The notes: generated by a model not told the origin, from the letters alone. Positions 10,028 through 21,074 are shown, numbered from the whole stretch's first letter. The stretch: DNA of 63,231 nt, filler included, from Licmophora abbreviata (GCA_900291995.1; 13 parts of 13 records of this genome joined end to end with filler, not necessarily neighbours in it); one strand, 5' to 3'. Program-made: numbers and translations.

Positions 10028-13000
10028 CGGCTCTGCCACTTCCAAGCAAGACCGACACGGAACAACCGCTCTTCCCGGGAGACGGAGAAATAACTTCTCA
10101 TCCTATCAGGCTGTAAGGTGCCCGTTGAATCGAGAGGAGAGTTTGTTCCCTGTCGGTCGAGGTATTCTGGCTCACGGCGGCTCAGCCGACTGGTGTGTTT
10201 GTTGACAGCACGGTGTGACCTTTGCTCGGAGTAAGTGATTTGTGTCGTTATCGTTGTATTTACTATTTACACCTTGTCACTCACTCACTCCGCCTTTCTC
10301 TGCCTCCACATCAAAATACGATCGTATCAGTCCCTTTTTTAACCGTCGTCTCTTCACAACCAACAAACCAACTTGCCGGCTTCGAGTGTCGAGCAAAGCA
10401 GTCGTCTTGCGGGAACAAGAATCAATTTTCAATGACAATCATGATAGATAATGGAATTCGGAGGGTTTGGGGTTCCCTTCCACTCTCACGAGTGTCGTCC
10501 CACTTGCCATTGAGTCGAATTGATTCTTAATTCTTGCAAGACATTCTGTGGCTGCTCGCTCTTGGAGTTTGGTCTTGCCTTGCTTCCAGAGTTTGCTCTG
10601 GGCTGCTGGCTTTTGCTTCTACTTGGTGCCTTCTTGCTCTTGTTCAGCATTGGCGACGCTCTTGCGTCAGGAACGAAACAGTGGGTCTTGAATGTACTCG
10701 GCAGCTCGAACTTTATGGTGTTCCCTGAATCATGGCGTGGCCAAACCCGACGATCCTGATTGTCTCGGCGATTGTCTTGACAGTTGCGATTGCCTTTTTT
10801 TTTAAAAACAAATAGCCGATCTAGTTTGATCCTTGTCTAATCAATTTTAGAGACGAACATCTGTGTGTGCATCTGTTTGTGCGACATCGAAGAAAAAGGA
10901 GTGCGACGTCGAAGAAAAAGGAACGTATATGTCGTCGAAACACAGTCACTGTGTTCCCAGCAAAGGCTTGCTGCGCCCAGGGCAATTGCGGAAGCACACT
11001 TTGTGCCTCGGAAGGGCCCAGGGCTTTTACATGCGAGGGTCTTTGTGACTGCAGCAGGGTCTTCGTGACCGACAAAGCGCAAAAAACTCATCGACCAGTT
11101 GCAGAGCCTTCACTTTTGCTGTCATAGCTAGTTTTGACAAAGCCAACGCCGACAAGACCCCTGTCTCTCTTTCTTCGCCCAAGCGATCCTTGTTCTCATG
11201 CCTCCCAAGAAAAATCCTTACTGCTTGACCCCAGCAGCCTCCAAAAGGGCCCCTGCCGTTGCCCCTGCAAAGACTGTGACGCCATCCAAGAGGAGGCATC
11301 ATGATTTGGACGAGGGTTGCTTCTGCGGCTGCTCCGAGAGCTACTGCAACTCGCTTTGCGGCTGCAAGTGGTCCAGGTGCCGGTGCTTTGGTTGTTGCCG
11401 GTGCAAATGTGAGGAATCCCATGACTCTTTTGATGCAAGCCTTCCCTGGGGCCATGCCTTCTCAGAGTTTGGAGCCTGTGTTGAACATGTTGATGAGCAA
11501 GAACCATCTATGGACGCAGACGGTCGTGCCTTACAGTCCAAGTGCGAATGAGCTGGTCGTTGCTAGTGGAGGTGGTGCTGGGATCGGGCTGGGAGGTGCT
11601 GGGGCTGGCTCCTTTGCTGCTGTCGAGGATTCATTGGCTGCTGCGATCGGTGCCGAGTTGGAGGAGCATCCCTGTGAATCTCTCTTGCTGTGAATTTTCT
11701 GCATCACTATCAGGGTCATGGTTGCTCTGACTGTTGGCAGCATACATTGGGATGAACCCCATGTGTTGGAGTGATGATGCTAGCGACCTTCCCACCTATT
11801 TTGGGGCCTTAATGAGGAACGTACCACAGTGCTTCATTGTCTGGACATCATGGGTTTCAACAGCCTGTTGCATGTACTGAATAGCTTTCGGGAAGGTGGG
11901 AAGGTAGGTTCAACTTTCGCGAGTTTGCCACTGGACACCTTGGTCTTGGTCTTCCTTGGTGTGCACCCCCACCATCATGTTTTTCCTTACTCTCACTGTC
12001 TCCATTACCTTTCTCATGCTCTTTGTCTTCCTAGGAAAAAACTTCCAGTCACGCATGAGCCTCCTTAACAGCTGTCTAGAAAGCAGGCCCCTGGAACTTA
12101 ACCTTGCCCTGAATGACAGCCTGAACCACTGCAATCACATCGAAAGGCTCAGGAAGGTTGATATCAGTGAAGGCCAAGATGAAAGAATTCTTCATGGTTG
12201 TTATGTAATTTGCACTTGTCACTTGGGGAGGCAGAGCAACATGTCACTTGGGGAGGCAGAGCAACAATACACAGTTCAGGCATGGAATACTTGCGAAAGT
12301 CAGGGTTAGAATTCAAGAGTTTTTTCTCAACAACTGTGTCCCATTTTGGGACCCTGCATTGTTTCAAGCCAAAGCAGATGCCTTGTCGTGATGTCCCCCT
12401 GTTGGATGCAGACCTGACTCCAAATCCAACACATTTTTCTGCTTAGGTTTTTGCCCAGAAACTCAACAGCCTAAAAATGTCACCTGTTTTGAGTTGTTTG
12501 AGGATTAGATGAAGCATATCAAACATAGCTTTTGCCATTAAATTGGCAAGGTGAAGAGATATGCACAACAGCAACCCTTCAGGCTGCAATGGATTGGGTT
12601 GTAGCTTGCAATTTCAATAACATGACACTAAAGTGGTACAACCAGGGTGTCAAAATGCTCAGCAGTAACGGTACTCACCCAGTGGGCTTGTTTGTCATAA
12701 TACGCGGACATTACTCAACCCGCAACGAAGGATGCAGCGCTGGAGCTTGGGAATCACATCTGCGAGAAACTGAACACAGTCCAGGCTTTGTATAATCCCA
12801 TCCTTGAAGATTCTAAAGAATTCTTCTGCATCCAGCCTCCTACTGTCTGGGCTGATATCATTCATCCCCAGAATGCATTCAACGGAATGATTCAAAATAC
12901 TGGACATCCTGAAGGGGGGCAGGATTTCTATGAATAGAACAAAGGCACTATGTTCCACGACTACTTCAGGAAAAAAATCGTACGCCTGCTCGTCATTCCC

Positions 13001-14377
13001 CACAGTCCTTTTATGTTGTCGTCCCCACCGTCCCTGTATCACCCCCACCGTCGCTTCTCCTGACATGTTGCCGCCACACCGGCGGTCGTTGTCACTGCAC
13101 CACGGTATCTATCTTGCCAGCCACACTCCCCCCCAAATAGCAAGAACATTCTCCTCGAAAATATGTTCAGCAGTGAGCGCTAGCATCGTGCACCTATGCC
13201 TCCAGCCCACCCGTGGCTCTACCATACGAGAAACGAGAGTCGTACTTCTCTGACTGGTACTTTTGATGCACTGACGACTGAAGCATTCGCCAGCACTGGG
13301 AACAAGGTCTTACCGTGTCAGAGTCGACTCACCCAAGTATCAATCCCAAAATAATTGTTTGCGGAGGTCGCTTCTCCTGGCTTCGCAATAGACATTTCTA
13401 ATTTACCTGAGATAAGTTTTTCATGTCAATGCATGTCAATGAACGCTAAGATAAATTTCTTCCTTCCGTGCACGCGTTTCTGTGGTCTACGCGGATTGAA
13501 CTTTTTGTCAACCATAGTCTCAGTAGGTAGAAGTTTTGAGGCAAACTTTTTGGCTGAGCAAACACAGGGTATATCTTGCTTGCTAACCCCTGTCGGCATG
13601 ACATGTATTAGATCCTTGCCGAGTGTTGTTTACCCGCCTTTGCAAGGTTCTTCAGTGTGGACGTCTATGCAGAACGTGCTCTTTTCTGAAGGGATGGATG
13701 ATAGAGTAGCGGACGAAGCCACAGAGATATCAGATCGTTCCGTTCGGACTCATGCTGGTTAATACTCTTCTCTAGTTACAGTCGCGAGCAGGAAAGAGGA
13801 GCTTCTTCATCGCAAGTATCACTCGGCCCATGGGTCACGCGAATATGGAAACACGGCGCGGTGCTAGCAACACCATTGCTTGGTCGTTACGAACGTCAAG
13901 AGTTGAAGCAAGCTGGAAAGCCTCGCGCTCTCAATGATCATTGCTGTGCTACCTTAAAATTTTCTACCAGAAGCAGAGTGCATCAGCCTCCACGGGAGAG
14001 TACGAACCCTGGAAGGACATTGGTCTGAGTGTTCGAACTGTCAACATCGCCAGCGGTAACAAAAAAAAGACGGAACTGAGGTTGGAAGCCAAACAGCATG
14101 TGGAAAATACTAAATTTGGTACAGAATGGGTTGAGGAGGGTTTGGCATATCTGAAAAGGCCTGGAGAGGAGGGTGCAGGAGCTTGGGCAGCAATGCTGAT
14201 GAGGGTCCTCCTCCGTTGATGAATATCTCCCTTCCGAGCTCCAAGACCTCTTTGCTGGGTAGCGAGCCGGTGGGTGCAGTTGCCCACTACTCGGAGTAGT
14301 TCCGTGTACTCTAGGAATCCTCGAGTGCCTCAGGTTCCGAGGGTTCAATTTGACCCTCGGACTCGACTCCATATGGT

Positions 14378-15500
14378 ATGACGTCATCTCCTCAGATGTA
14401 TCAGCCGGGCATGCACTTCCCTCAAGTGTCCCCCCGTCCTACTAGGACACCCTTGATGCCGCATGTCTTCCCTCCGTCCAGTACTTACCTTGGTCCTCCT
14501 CCTCAATACGATGCCCCTCATCCCACCCCATACTTCAGCACAGCCATTTTACCCACAGCACGGTAATGTGGTCCAGGTTGAGACCAAGAAATCCCTGGAA
14601 TTCCGGGCGGGTGGAAAGGAAAATTGGGATGAGTGGCTTGCGTATCGAGTGAAGATTGACGTGAAGAAGCCTTTCCTGTACACGGATGTCAATACGCATC
14701 CGAAGACTGCCTCAGATTCTGCTGATTTTGGGATTGCTCTCTTCAAGAAGCTTCCTCCCTCGGCTCTTGCATCATTCATTGGCCATGACAAAGCCTTCTA
14801 CCAATGCCACTGGATCGAGATGTTCCAAGGCCTGGTTGAAGTGTATAAGCCAAAAACGTCCATGGCTCTCCAGAATCTAGTGTGGGCTCTGATGATCATT
14901 CAGATGACTGACTCCTACCGAATCCTTCTCTGCATACAAGCTTTGGACTGAACAAATAAACCAATGTCTTTGCTGGTCAGGCCATTCCTGACACAATGTT
15001 GATTCATGTTGCTCCTTGGTCTTACCGCTGAGTAGCACTACAGTGATATGGTTACGTTGGCTGAGACTGGAACCTTGGTTTTTCATTCCTTTGCGGAATT
15101 TGCCCACAAATTTCAGGAAAGTGCTTCTGGCAAGTCGACGGCTACTGGTCTCAGCCCTGCATCATACGGTTCCGCTTGTGCTGCCAGTGTCCAGCCTCCG
15201 CCTTCTTCCTCGCTCAAAAATCCTGGTCAATCCACCAGGACAGCCACGAAGAGCTACGGTTGGAAAGGTGCACCAAACCTCACTGCCAAACAAGTTCAGT
15301 CTCTTCCCTCATGCTTTTCTTGTCCGGTTTGCCGTACACAGTCTCACGGACTTGTGCCCCGGTTTGAAACAGTACAACATCCGTCAAAAGCCATACACCA
15401 AGTCGCCTTCTCCCAAGGTCCCAAGGAGGGTCCAAAGGACTCCCTCCAAGACTGCTCCGTCGTTGTCTACCCCGGCTGCTCAACCGGCCAAGGATACTAA
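14378..15500 (+). mobile_element. Degenerate Ty1/copia (CoDi)-like gag relic
   Basis: Pro-rich start, then ...DFGIALFKKLPPSAL..HWIEMFQGLVEVYKP and GWKGAPNLTAKQVQSL..FSCPVCRTQSH (zinc-knuckle-like), spread over several frames. Confidence 0.4.
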
Positions 15501-15989
15501 GAAGCTTACTTGGGCTGCTCGTGTGGCCTCCTCTAGCTCTCCTCCTCCGTCGTCCTTGGTGGAATCTTCGTCTCCTACTACAGACCATCAAGGCAAGTGG
15601 TTGTCACCTGTACGCTCTGTGCCCCTGCACCCATGTGGTTCACCTTACTCACGCCGTCCGTCACATCATCTGGATGGTCTAATTGATTCTCTGCTCTTCA
15701 GGATGATGAGTCAATTACTGAGACAGATGAGAATGATCGTGACATGCGGCTTCTAAAGGTGAATCCTGTGGTCTCTGCTGCGGTTTCAGATAGTACAGTT
15801 GATAACTACTTAGTAGCTCCTTGTCCTCGTTCACTCCTCCAGTCGTCCACTTCACTCCCATGGAATGAAGCAAACCATGTGCGGTGCCTGACCCTACTAC
15901 AAAGAGTAACTTATACATACAAGGCTAGTCGGTCCACTGACGGTTGGGAATACCGCCAGTGAATGCGACGTGCATGCATGCATGTTGCC

Positions 15990-16223
15990 ATACAACAGCG
16001 TGACGTTACCCATGATGGGCTTGACAGGCTTAGCAGCTACAGCTGGGGCTGGGACAGGATCTGCAGCGGGCACTGGAGCGGGAGCTGGGGCTGCCATGAT
16101 GGATTCTGGGTCAGATCTATCTTCGGCTTCGACTGGGTCAGTCGCTTCTTTTGGGGCTCCTGGGGAGTCGACGAAGGCAAAGGAGTCGGAACTGCCTGTC
16201 GGTGACGGCTGGTCCTCACTCAA
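15990..16223 (-). mobile_element. Possible N-terminus of a second copia-like gag (truncated)
   Basis: MAAPAPAPVPAADPVPAPAVAAKPVKPIMGNVTLL resembles the Ala/Pro-rich KPxMG starts of diatom copia gag. A PBS-like ggtttcgagcccaag lies upstream on the minus strand near 16400-16413. Confidence 0.3.
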
Positions 16224-16917
16224 CGTACGGAGATTTGAGCGTCACGGCGTGACGGACCAGCTGGAAGCTGTGAGTACAACGTGGCACGTTGCTCTTGTTG
16301 GGTACCGGTAGTGATCTCGGAGAGATTGGATGCCTCGGAGAGGTGCGTCAGTTGCTGCGCTTGTTGATCAGGGAAAATGTATTGACGATTTGTTAGAACT
16401 TGGGCTCGAAACCAGTCGGAGCTTACTGTGTAAGCTATATAGTCGTAACACAATAGATATCCTCACGACAAGTCAATCTCTGCGTCGGGCCCAACGAAGA
16501 GAGGAGTTGCAGTGGGGAGAGCAATATGCTAGAACAGAGGTGTTCACAGGTAAAGATTTCACTAATTTGTGGGGTTACTACGGCTATCAAGATCTCGGCC
16601 TGGAAGGCCTTTTACGCACAAGAGAGGCACATGCCATGACCAACCACAAGACATAGACCATGAGGTCATGCAAAAGGAACAGCTTTCATACCAGGGTCTG
16701 GTAGAGAGCACGAGATGAAAACATTGGTGTGTTGGTCATTTTGAACTTTGAATCAATTGTTCGGGACCGGGCACGGTATTCAAAATTCCAGTCTTGGGTG
16801 GCCATTGGTCTTTCTCTGTGCCTGCCGGAGTAAGTATCCTCACACCGCCTCTAGCTCCTACATCCGAGTTCTTGGGTCAGTCGAGGGACACGTGGAAGGT
16901 ACTAGGGTCAGTGTGAG

Positions 16918-17151
16918 ATACTGGGGATCGCGTGGGATGAGATCGCCGAGGTAGCCGGACCAGTCGAAGACGGAGGGGCGTTCAAGGATGTGGACGATCA
17001 GGTCCAATTCCTCCTGCAGGCTGCGTCCAATGAAAGTCTTGGAGCGCCCATGCCAGATGGAGCGGGCGATCTTCGAGTGGAACCATCGGAACCGTGCCGT
17101 ATTGTGTGGGAGCCCTTCGTTTGCCGCTTCACGAGCTGCGACGAGCTCCCT
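16918..17151 (-). mobile_element. Fragment of a DIRS/Ngaro-like (tyrosine-recombinase retrotransposon) pol, RT-RNase H connector
   Basis: Open minus frame from the contig edge: KIARSIWHGRSKTFIGRSLQEELDLIVHILERPSVFDWSGYLGDLIPRDPQY. The W-x5-LIPRDP motif precedes RNase H in diatom DIRS-like elements (recognised from memory). Not in the ORF track. Confidence 0.5.
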
Positions 17152-17253
17152 NNNNNNNNNNNNNNNNNNNNNNNNNNNNNNNNNNNNNNNNNNNNTTAAT
17201 TAATTAANNNNNNNNNNNNNNNNNNNNNNNNNNNNNNNNNNNNNNNNNNNNAT

Positions 17254-17397
17254 CTGACAAGAAGTATTTACTTATGTCTAAAAGATGAACGAAATATACC
17301 TTTAACGCCTGTTCAACAACCTACTTCAATTTCAGATTTAGAAGAAGAAGCTGCTGAATTAGCAAAATTTCTTGATTTAAAACTAGAAAATTTATAA
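17254..17397 (+). CDS. ycf4: Photosystem I assembly protein Ycf4, 3' end only
   Basis: [45 protein letters not shown]. Confidence 0.93.
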   Translation: MTRSIYLCLKDERNIPLTPVQQPTSISDLEEEAAELAKFLDLKLENL

Positions 17398-17404
17398 GAT
17401 TTTA

Positions 17405-17434
17405 TTGCTTTTTATACCCGCATGATTCTATAAT
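17405..17434 (+). promoter_or_regulatory. Sigma70-type promoter for trnG-psbEFLJ
   Basis: TTGCTT-N18-TATAAT ending 8 nt before the tRNA. Confidence 0.6.
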
Positions 17435-17442
17435 TGATGTAT

Positions 17443-17513
17443 GCGGGCATAGTTTAGTGGTAAAACCTTAGCCTTCCAAGCTAATGATGGGGGTTCGATT
17501 CCCCCTGCCCGCT
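17443..17513 (+). tRNA. trnG-UCC: tRNA-Gly(UCC)
   Basis: GCGGGCA/TGCCCGC acceptor stem, anticodon loop CTTCCAA, GTTCGAT T-loop. Confidence 0.97.
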
Positions 17514-17568
17514 CTTAACTCAAATTCAGAATGAGCAACAATCAATTTTTATAGGAGAAGATATAATT

Positions 17569-17823
17569 ATGTCTGGTGGATCTACGGGTGAACGTCCATT
17601 CTCGGATATTATTACTAGTGTACGGTATTGGATTATTCATAGTATTACAATCCCATCTCTTTTCGTATCAGGATGGTTATTTGTTAGTACTGGTCTAGCT
17701 TATGATGTCTTTGGGACTCCACGTCCAAATGAGTACTTTACACAAGATCGTCAACAAGTACCGCTAGTAAATGATCGATTTAGTGCAAAGCAAGAATTAG
17801 AAGATTTAACTAAAGGCTTATAA
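17569..17823 (+). CDS. psbE: Cytochrome b559 alpha
   Basis: [32 protein letters not shown]. Confidence 0.99.
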   Translation: MSGGSTGERPFSDIITSVRYWIIHSITIPSLFVSGWLFVSTGLAYDVFGTPRPNEYFTQDRQQVPLVNDRFSAKQELEDLTKGL

Positions 17824-17837
17824 TGAGGTAAAAACAA

Positions 17838-17969
17838 ATGGCAAAAAATATAAATCAACCTGTAGCATATCCTATTTTTACGTTTCGTTGGTTAGCAATT
17901 CATGGATTAGCGGTACCGACAGTGTTTTTCTTAGGTGGGATTACAGCTATGCAATTCATTCAACGATAA
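17838..17969 (+). CDS. psbF: Cytochrome b559 beta
   Basis: [43 protein letters not shown]. Confidence 0.98.
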   Translation: MAKNINQPVAYPIFTFRWLAIHGLAVPTVFFLGGITAMQFIQR

Positions 17970-18001
17970 ATTAATAAAATTATAGACACGAGGTAAATTA
18001 T

Positions 18002-18118
18002 ATGACAGGTCCAAATCCAAATAAACAAGCAGTAGAATTAAATCGAACTTCTCTATATTGGGGACTTCTATTAATTTTTGTTTTATCGGTATTATTCTCA
18101 AGTTATTTCTTCAACTAA
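18002..18118 (+). CDS. psbL: PSII protein L
   Basis: [38 protein letters not shown]. Confidence 0.98.
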   Translation: MTGPNPNKQAVELNRTSLYWGLLLIFVLSVLFSSYFFN

Positions 18119-18142
18119 TAAATATTTAATAGGAGTTTTTTT

Positions 18143-18262
18143 ATGGCAAATACTGGTAGAATCCCTTTATGGCTTGTAGGTTTAGTAGGTGGTTTAGCAG
18201 TTATTACAATGCTTTCTTTATTCTTCTACGGTGCATATTCAGGTTTAGGTTCATCATTATAA
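18143..18262 (+). CDS. psbJ: PSII protein J
   Basis: [39 protein letters not shown]. Confidence 0.98.
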   Translation: MANTGRIPLWLVGLVGGLAVITMLSLFFYGAYSGLGSSL

Positions 18263-18273
18263 TCTGAAACTTA

Positions 18274-18322
18274 AAAATATTTGATCAGAACTATAAGATC
18301 TATAGTTTTGATCAAATATTTT
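18274..18322 (+). terminator. Stem-loop after psbJ
   Basis: aaaatatttgatcagaactata / tatagttttgatcaaatatttt inverted repeat. Confidence 0.75.
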
Positions 18323-18650
18323 ATGATTGAAGAATAATGTTATAAAGTAATACTTTTGACACTTACAAAAGAAATGCTATCAAAAAACATAAAGATAATA
18401 AACAAAAAATTTATAATGCCCCGAAACGATCTAATCAAATTAATCCTAAATATTTTTTAGTCTTACTTTTAAACTTTTAATCCTTAAAGTTATGGGCAAA
18501 AATTTTTACTAATATTCTAGTTTCACAGATGATATCGATTCAGTTTATTTAATAAAAATAATAAAGAAAAAATTGATGACAGACAAAATTGCAATTGGGT
18601 CGTTCCTAATCTTACTTTTCAATTAATTGAAAAGTAAGATTAGGAACTTT

Positions 18651-19907
18651 TTAGCTTCTAAAAGCTCGTCTAAGCTGTTTTATAAATTTTCGGAGTAATT
18701 TTTTAATAAATTTTTGAACACGATTAATAATTCTCCAGTTATTTTTTGTTCCCCGTCCGAACCAACCATACCAAACTTTTGGTATAATACGAGATTTTGA
18801 TTTTTCTTCCGATTCTTGCCAAGCTGTATAACCACCACTATAAATGCTAGTTTTTGACCTTGGACCAATATGGAGTTCTGTATTTTCGGTTAAAAATGGA
18901 ATGTAAAAATATTGCCCACACAAAGCGTGAAATAAACCAAAAAGAACAAATGTCATATGATATAACACAAGAACAACAATTAAGAATTTTAAACTTTCAA
19001 TTTCAATGTTTAAAGCATTTTTTTGTAAAAATGGGTACTTTTCAAGTTGAGGAGCTAATATTGAAGACACATAATAATTAACTCTAAATACAAAGTAAAT
19101 AAAGATTTGTTCAATAAATCCCAACATTAAAATAAATGTCCAATGCCATCTAATTAAGTATGGACAATATTTTTTACCCATTCGAGTCATAATAGTATAT
19201 GCTGCGACAGTACCAACTTCACGATAAAATTGGCCTACGATTCTAATAGTAACGGGAATAATTTTTCGAGAAAAAAGGTAATAGACTGGATCAGTAACTG
19301 ATTTAAAATTTTCTGGAACATTTGCAAATAACATCGAAATTGGATCAATGAAATGACCTTCTTGCGTTGAACCTTTTCCAATCGCATAAAATATAATTCC
19401 AATAGGATTAGATGCTCGCAAATTATAATCAGCTTTACTACGCATACCAGAATACATACTTTTTAATTCGATGGCATCTACACCTAATTTATGAGTAATT
19501 GGAATTCTTAACAACGCATTTTGGTACATAAATAATAAATCAATAAAATGTCGGTACCATAAATAGGATGCCGCCAGTCCAATACAAGTAATATAAAAAG
19601 ATGTTTTTACATTATAACGTATAGCAAGAATAGCAAAACGTACAAAAGCAATGAAAAATATAATATTTTCAATATCAGATAACGATAAGCCATCTTGAAC
19701 TTTTTCCCATAGACCTTGAATAACTAAACTTAATGTTTGTAAAGATACAGTAGGTGAGACTTCAATCGTTGCGGTGTCAATTTCATAGCCAAATTCATTT
19801 AACTGTTGAAAATTACCTCTGTTTGTATCTTCAAGACCAAACCAATTCAGCACTGTTTCTTGATCAATGTTGATCAAGATAAGTAGAAGTTTAAATAGAT
19901 ATAACAT
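18651..19907 (-). CDS. ycf90: Diatom-specific conserved membrane protein Ycf90
   Basis: 418-aa multi-TM ORF with IRWHWTF and ELHIGPR..SIYSGGYTAWQ motifs, lying between psbJ and trnE/trnG/psbZ as in diatom plastids. Confidence 0.8.
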   Translation of the reverse strand: MLYLFKLLLILINIDQETVLNWFGLEDTNRGNFQQLNEFGYEIDTATIEVSPTVSLQTLSLVIQGLWEKVQDGLSLSDIENIIFFIAFVRFAILAIRYNVKTSFYITCIGLAASYLWYRHFIDLLFMYQNALLRIPITHKLGVDAIELKSMYSGMRSKADYNLRASNPIGIIFYAIGKGSTQEGHFIDPISMLFANVPENFKSVTDPVYYLFSRKIIPVTIRIVGQFYREVGTVAAYTIMTRMGKKYCPYLIRWHWTFILMLGFIEQIFIYFVFRVNYYVSSILAPQLEKYPFLQKNALNIEIESLKFLIVVLVLYHMTFVLFGLFHALCGQYFYIPFLTENTELHIGPRSKTSIYSGGYTAWQESEEKSKSRIIPKVWYGWFGRGTKNNWRIINRVQKFIKKLLRKFIKQLRRAFRS

Positions 19908-20240
19908 AAATAATTAATTATCTTTCACTAATTATAATCTATACATTATTAGTATGTTTTAATCAACTTTAATAAAGCTTTTTACTTGATTTTGTATAGC
20001 ATTTCAAAATTTCGGTTACGCCTAAAATTTTAAATTAGATTTTACCAAATTTTTGAAGTAGTCTTTTATATTTACTATTTAAAATTATTAATATTCGTTC
20101 ATTAAACAAAACATATTTTGATTTCCAAAATATTAAATTTTGGACAAAGTGTAAAATTGAATGATCGTTGCACTACACTATGAGTATAATCAAGATTTTA
20201 AATATATTCAAATAATTAATTTATCTACGACTTTTTTTAG

Positions 20241-20313
20241 TACCCCCAAGGGAATTCGAATCCCTGTCTGCTCCGTGAAAGGGAGCTGTCCTAGGCCTCT
20301 AGACGATGGGGGC
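20241..20313 (-). tRNA. trnE-UUC: tRNA-Glu(UUC)
   Basis: GCCCCCATCGTCTAGAGGCCTAGGAC...CTTTCAC...GGGGGTA. Confidence 0.97.
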
Positions 20314-20327
20314 AAATTAGCTAGTTA

Positions 20328-20399
20328 AGCGGGCAACGCGATTCGAACGCGCGACATCAACCTTGGCAAGGTTGCGCTCTACCACTGAGCTATGCCCGC
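20328..20399 (-). tRNA. trnG-GCC: tRNA-Gly(GCC)
   Basis: GCGGGCATAGCTCAGTGGTAGAGC...TTGCCAA...GCCCGCT. Confidence 0.97.
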
Positions 20400-20442
20400 T
20401 GTAAGTTTATCTAACTTTAAACTTGTCTAACTGTATACGGTA

Positions 20443-20471
20443 AATTTATCTTAAGTGCGTAATTCTGTCAA
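20443..20471 (-). promoter_or_regulatory. Sigma70-type promoter for trnG-trnE
   Basis: TTGACA-N17-TAAATT on the minus strand. Confidence 0.6.
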
Positions 20472-20485
20472 TACTTTCTGGCAGA

Positions 20486-20529
20486 AATAATTTAGAAATT
20501 ATAGTTTAAACTATAATTTCTAAATTATT
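20486..20529 (-). terminator. Perfect 44-nt palindrome at the psbZ 3' end
   Basis: aataatttagaaattatagttt|aaactataatttctaaattatt. Confidence 0.75.
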
Positions 20530-20716
20530 ATAGAGATGATGAAATTCCATCAGCAGCTGCAATTGCAATAACAAGAAGAACCCAAGCTTGGAAAATTCGA
20601 TTAAAATTATCTTTAGAACCTTCCCATTCTCCTGGAGTAGCTAATGCTACAGGAACTGTTACCACTAAACCTAATGAGATTAAAACAAATAAAGCTACTA
20701 AAGCAGTGATGATCAT
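20528..20716 (-). CDS. psbZ: PSII protein Z
   Basis: [21 protein letters not shown]. Confidence 0.96.
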   Translation of the reverse strand: MIITALVALFVLISLGLVVTVPVALATPGEWEGSKDNFNRIFQAWVLLVIAIAAADGISSSL

Positions 20717-20769
20717 AATTATTTTTAAAAAATTTTTATATTGATAATTAAACTTATATTTCTAACAAA

Positions 20770-20874
20770 TTAAAGATTACCTTTTTTTAGAGCTAATAAA
20801 ACAATTACTGCTGGACCTGATAACATAATAACACCCGTAGCTATTAGTTGACCTATAACTTGCCAATTAATCAT
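20770..20874 (-). CDS. ycf12: PSII protein Psb30 (Ycf12)
   Basis: [34 protein letters not shown]. Confidence 0.95.
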   Translation of the reverse strand: MINWQVIGQLIATGVIMLSGPAVIVLLALKKGNL

Positions 20875-21074
20875 TTTTAAAATCCTTATTTATTAATTTT
20901 GAATGAAATTTTAAATAATAAAATAACCGATAACGTTACTTTTAATTTTACTTGAAAATTCGTAAAGAAAAAATATTATTTAAAATAATATTTTGGTTAT
21001 CATCGAATATTATATATAAAATTATTTGGAATAAACACTTAATATTTTTCTAGTTTCATGCTACTATACTTGTA

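Noticed and set aside
11800..14220. Short ORFs on both strands as functional genes
   Set aside because: Many stops and frameshifts; no family could be assigned.
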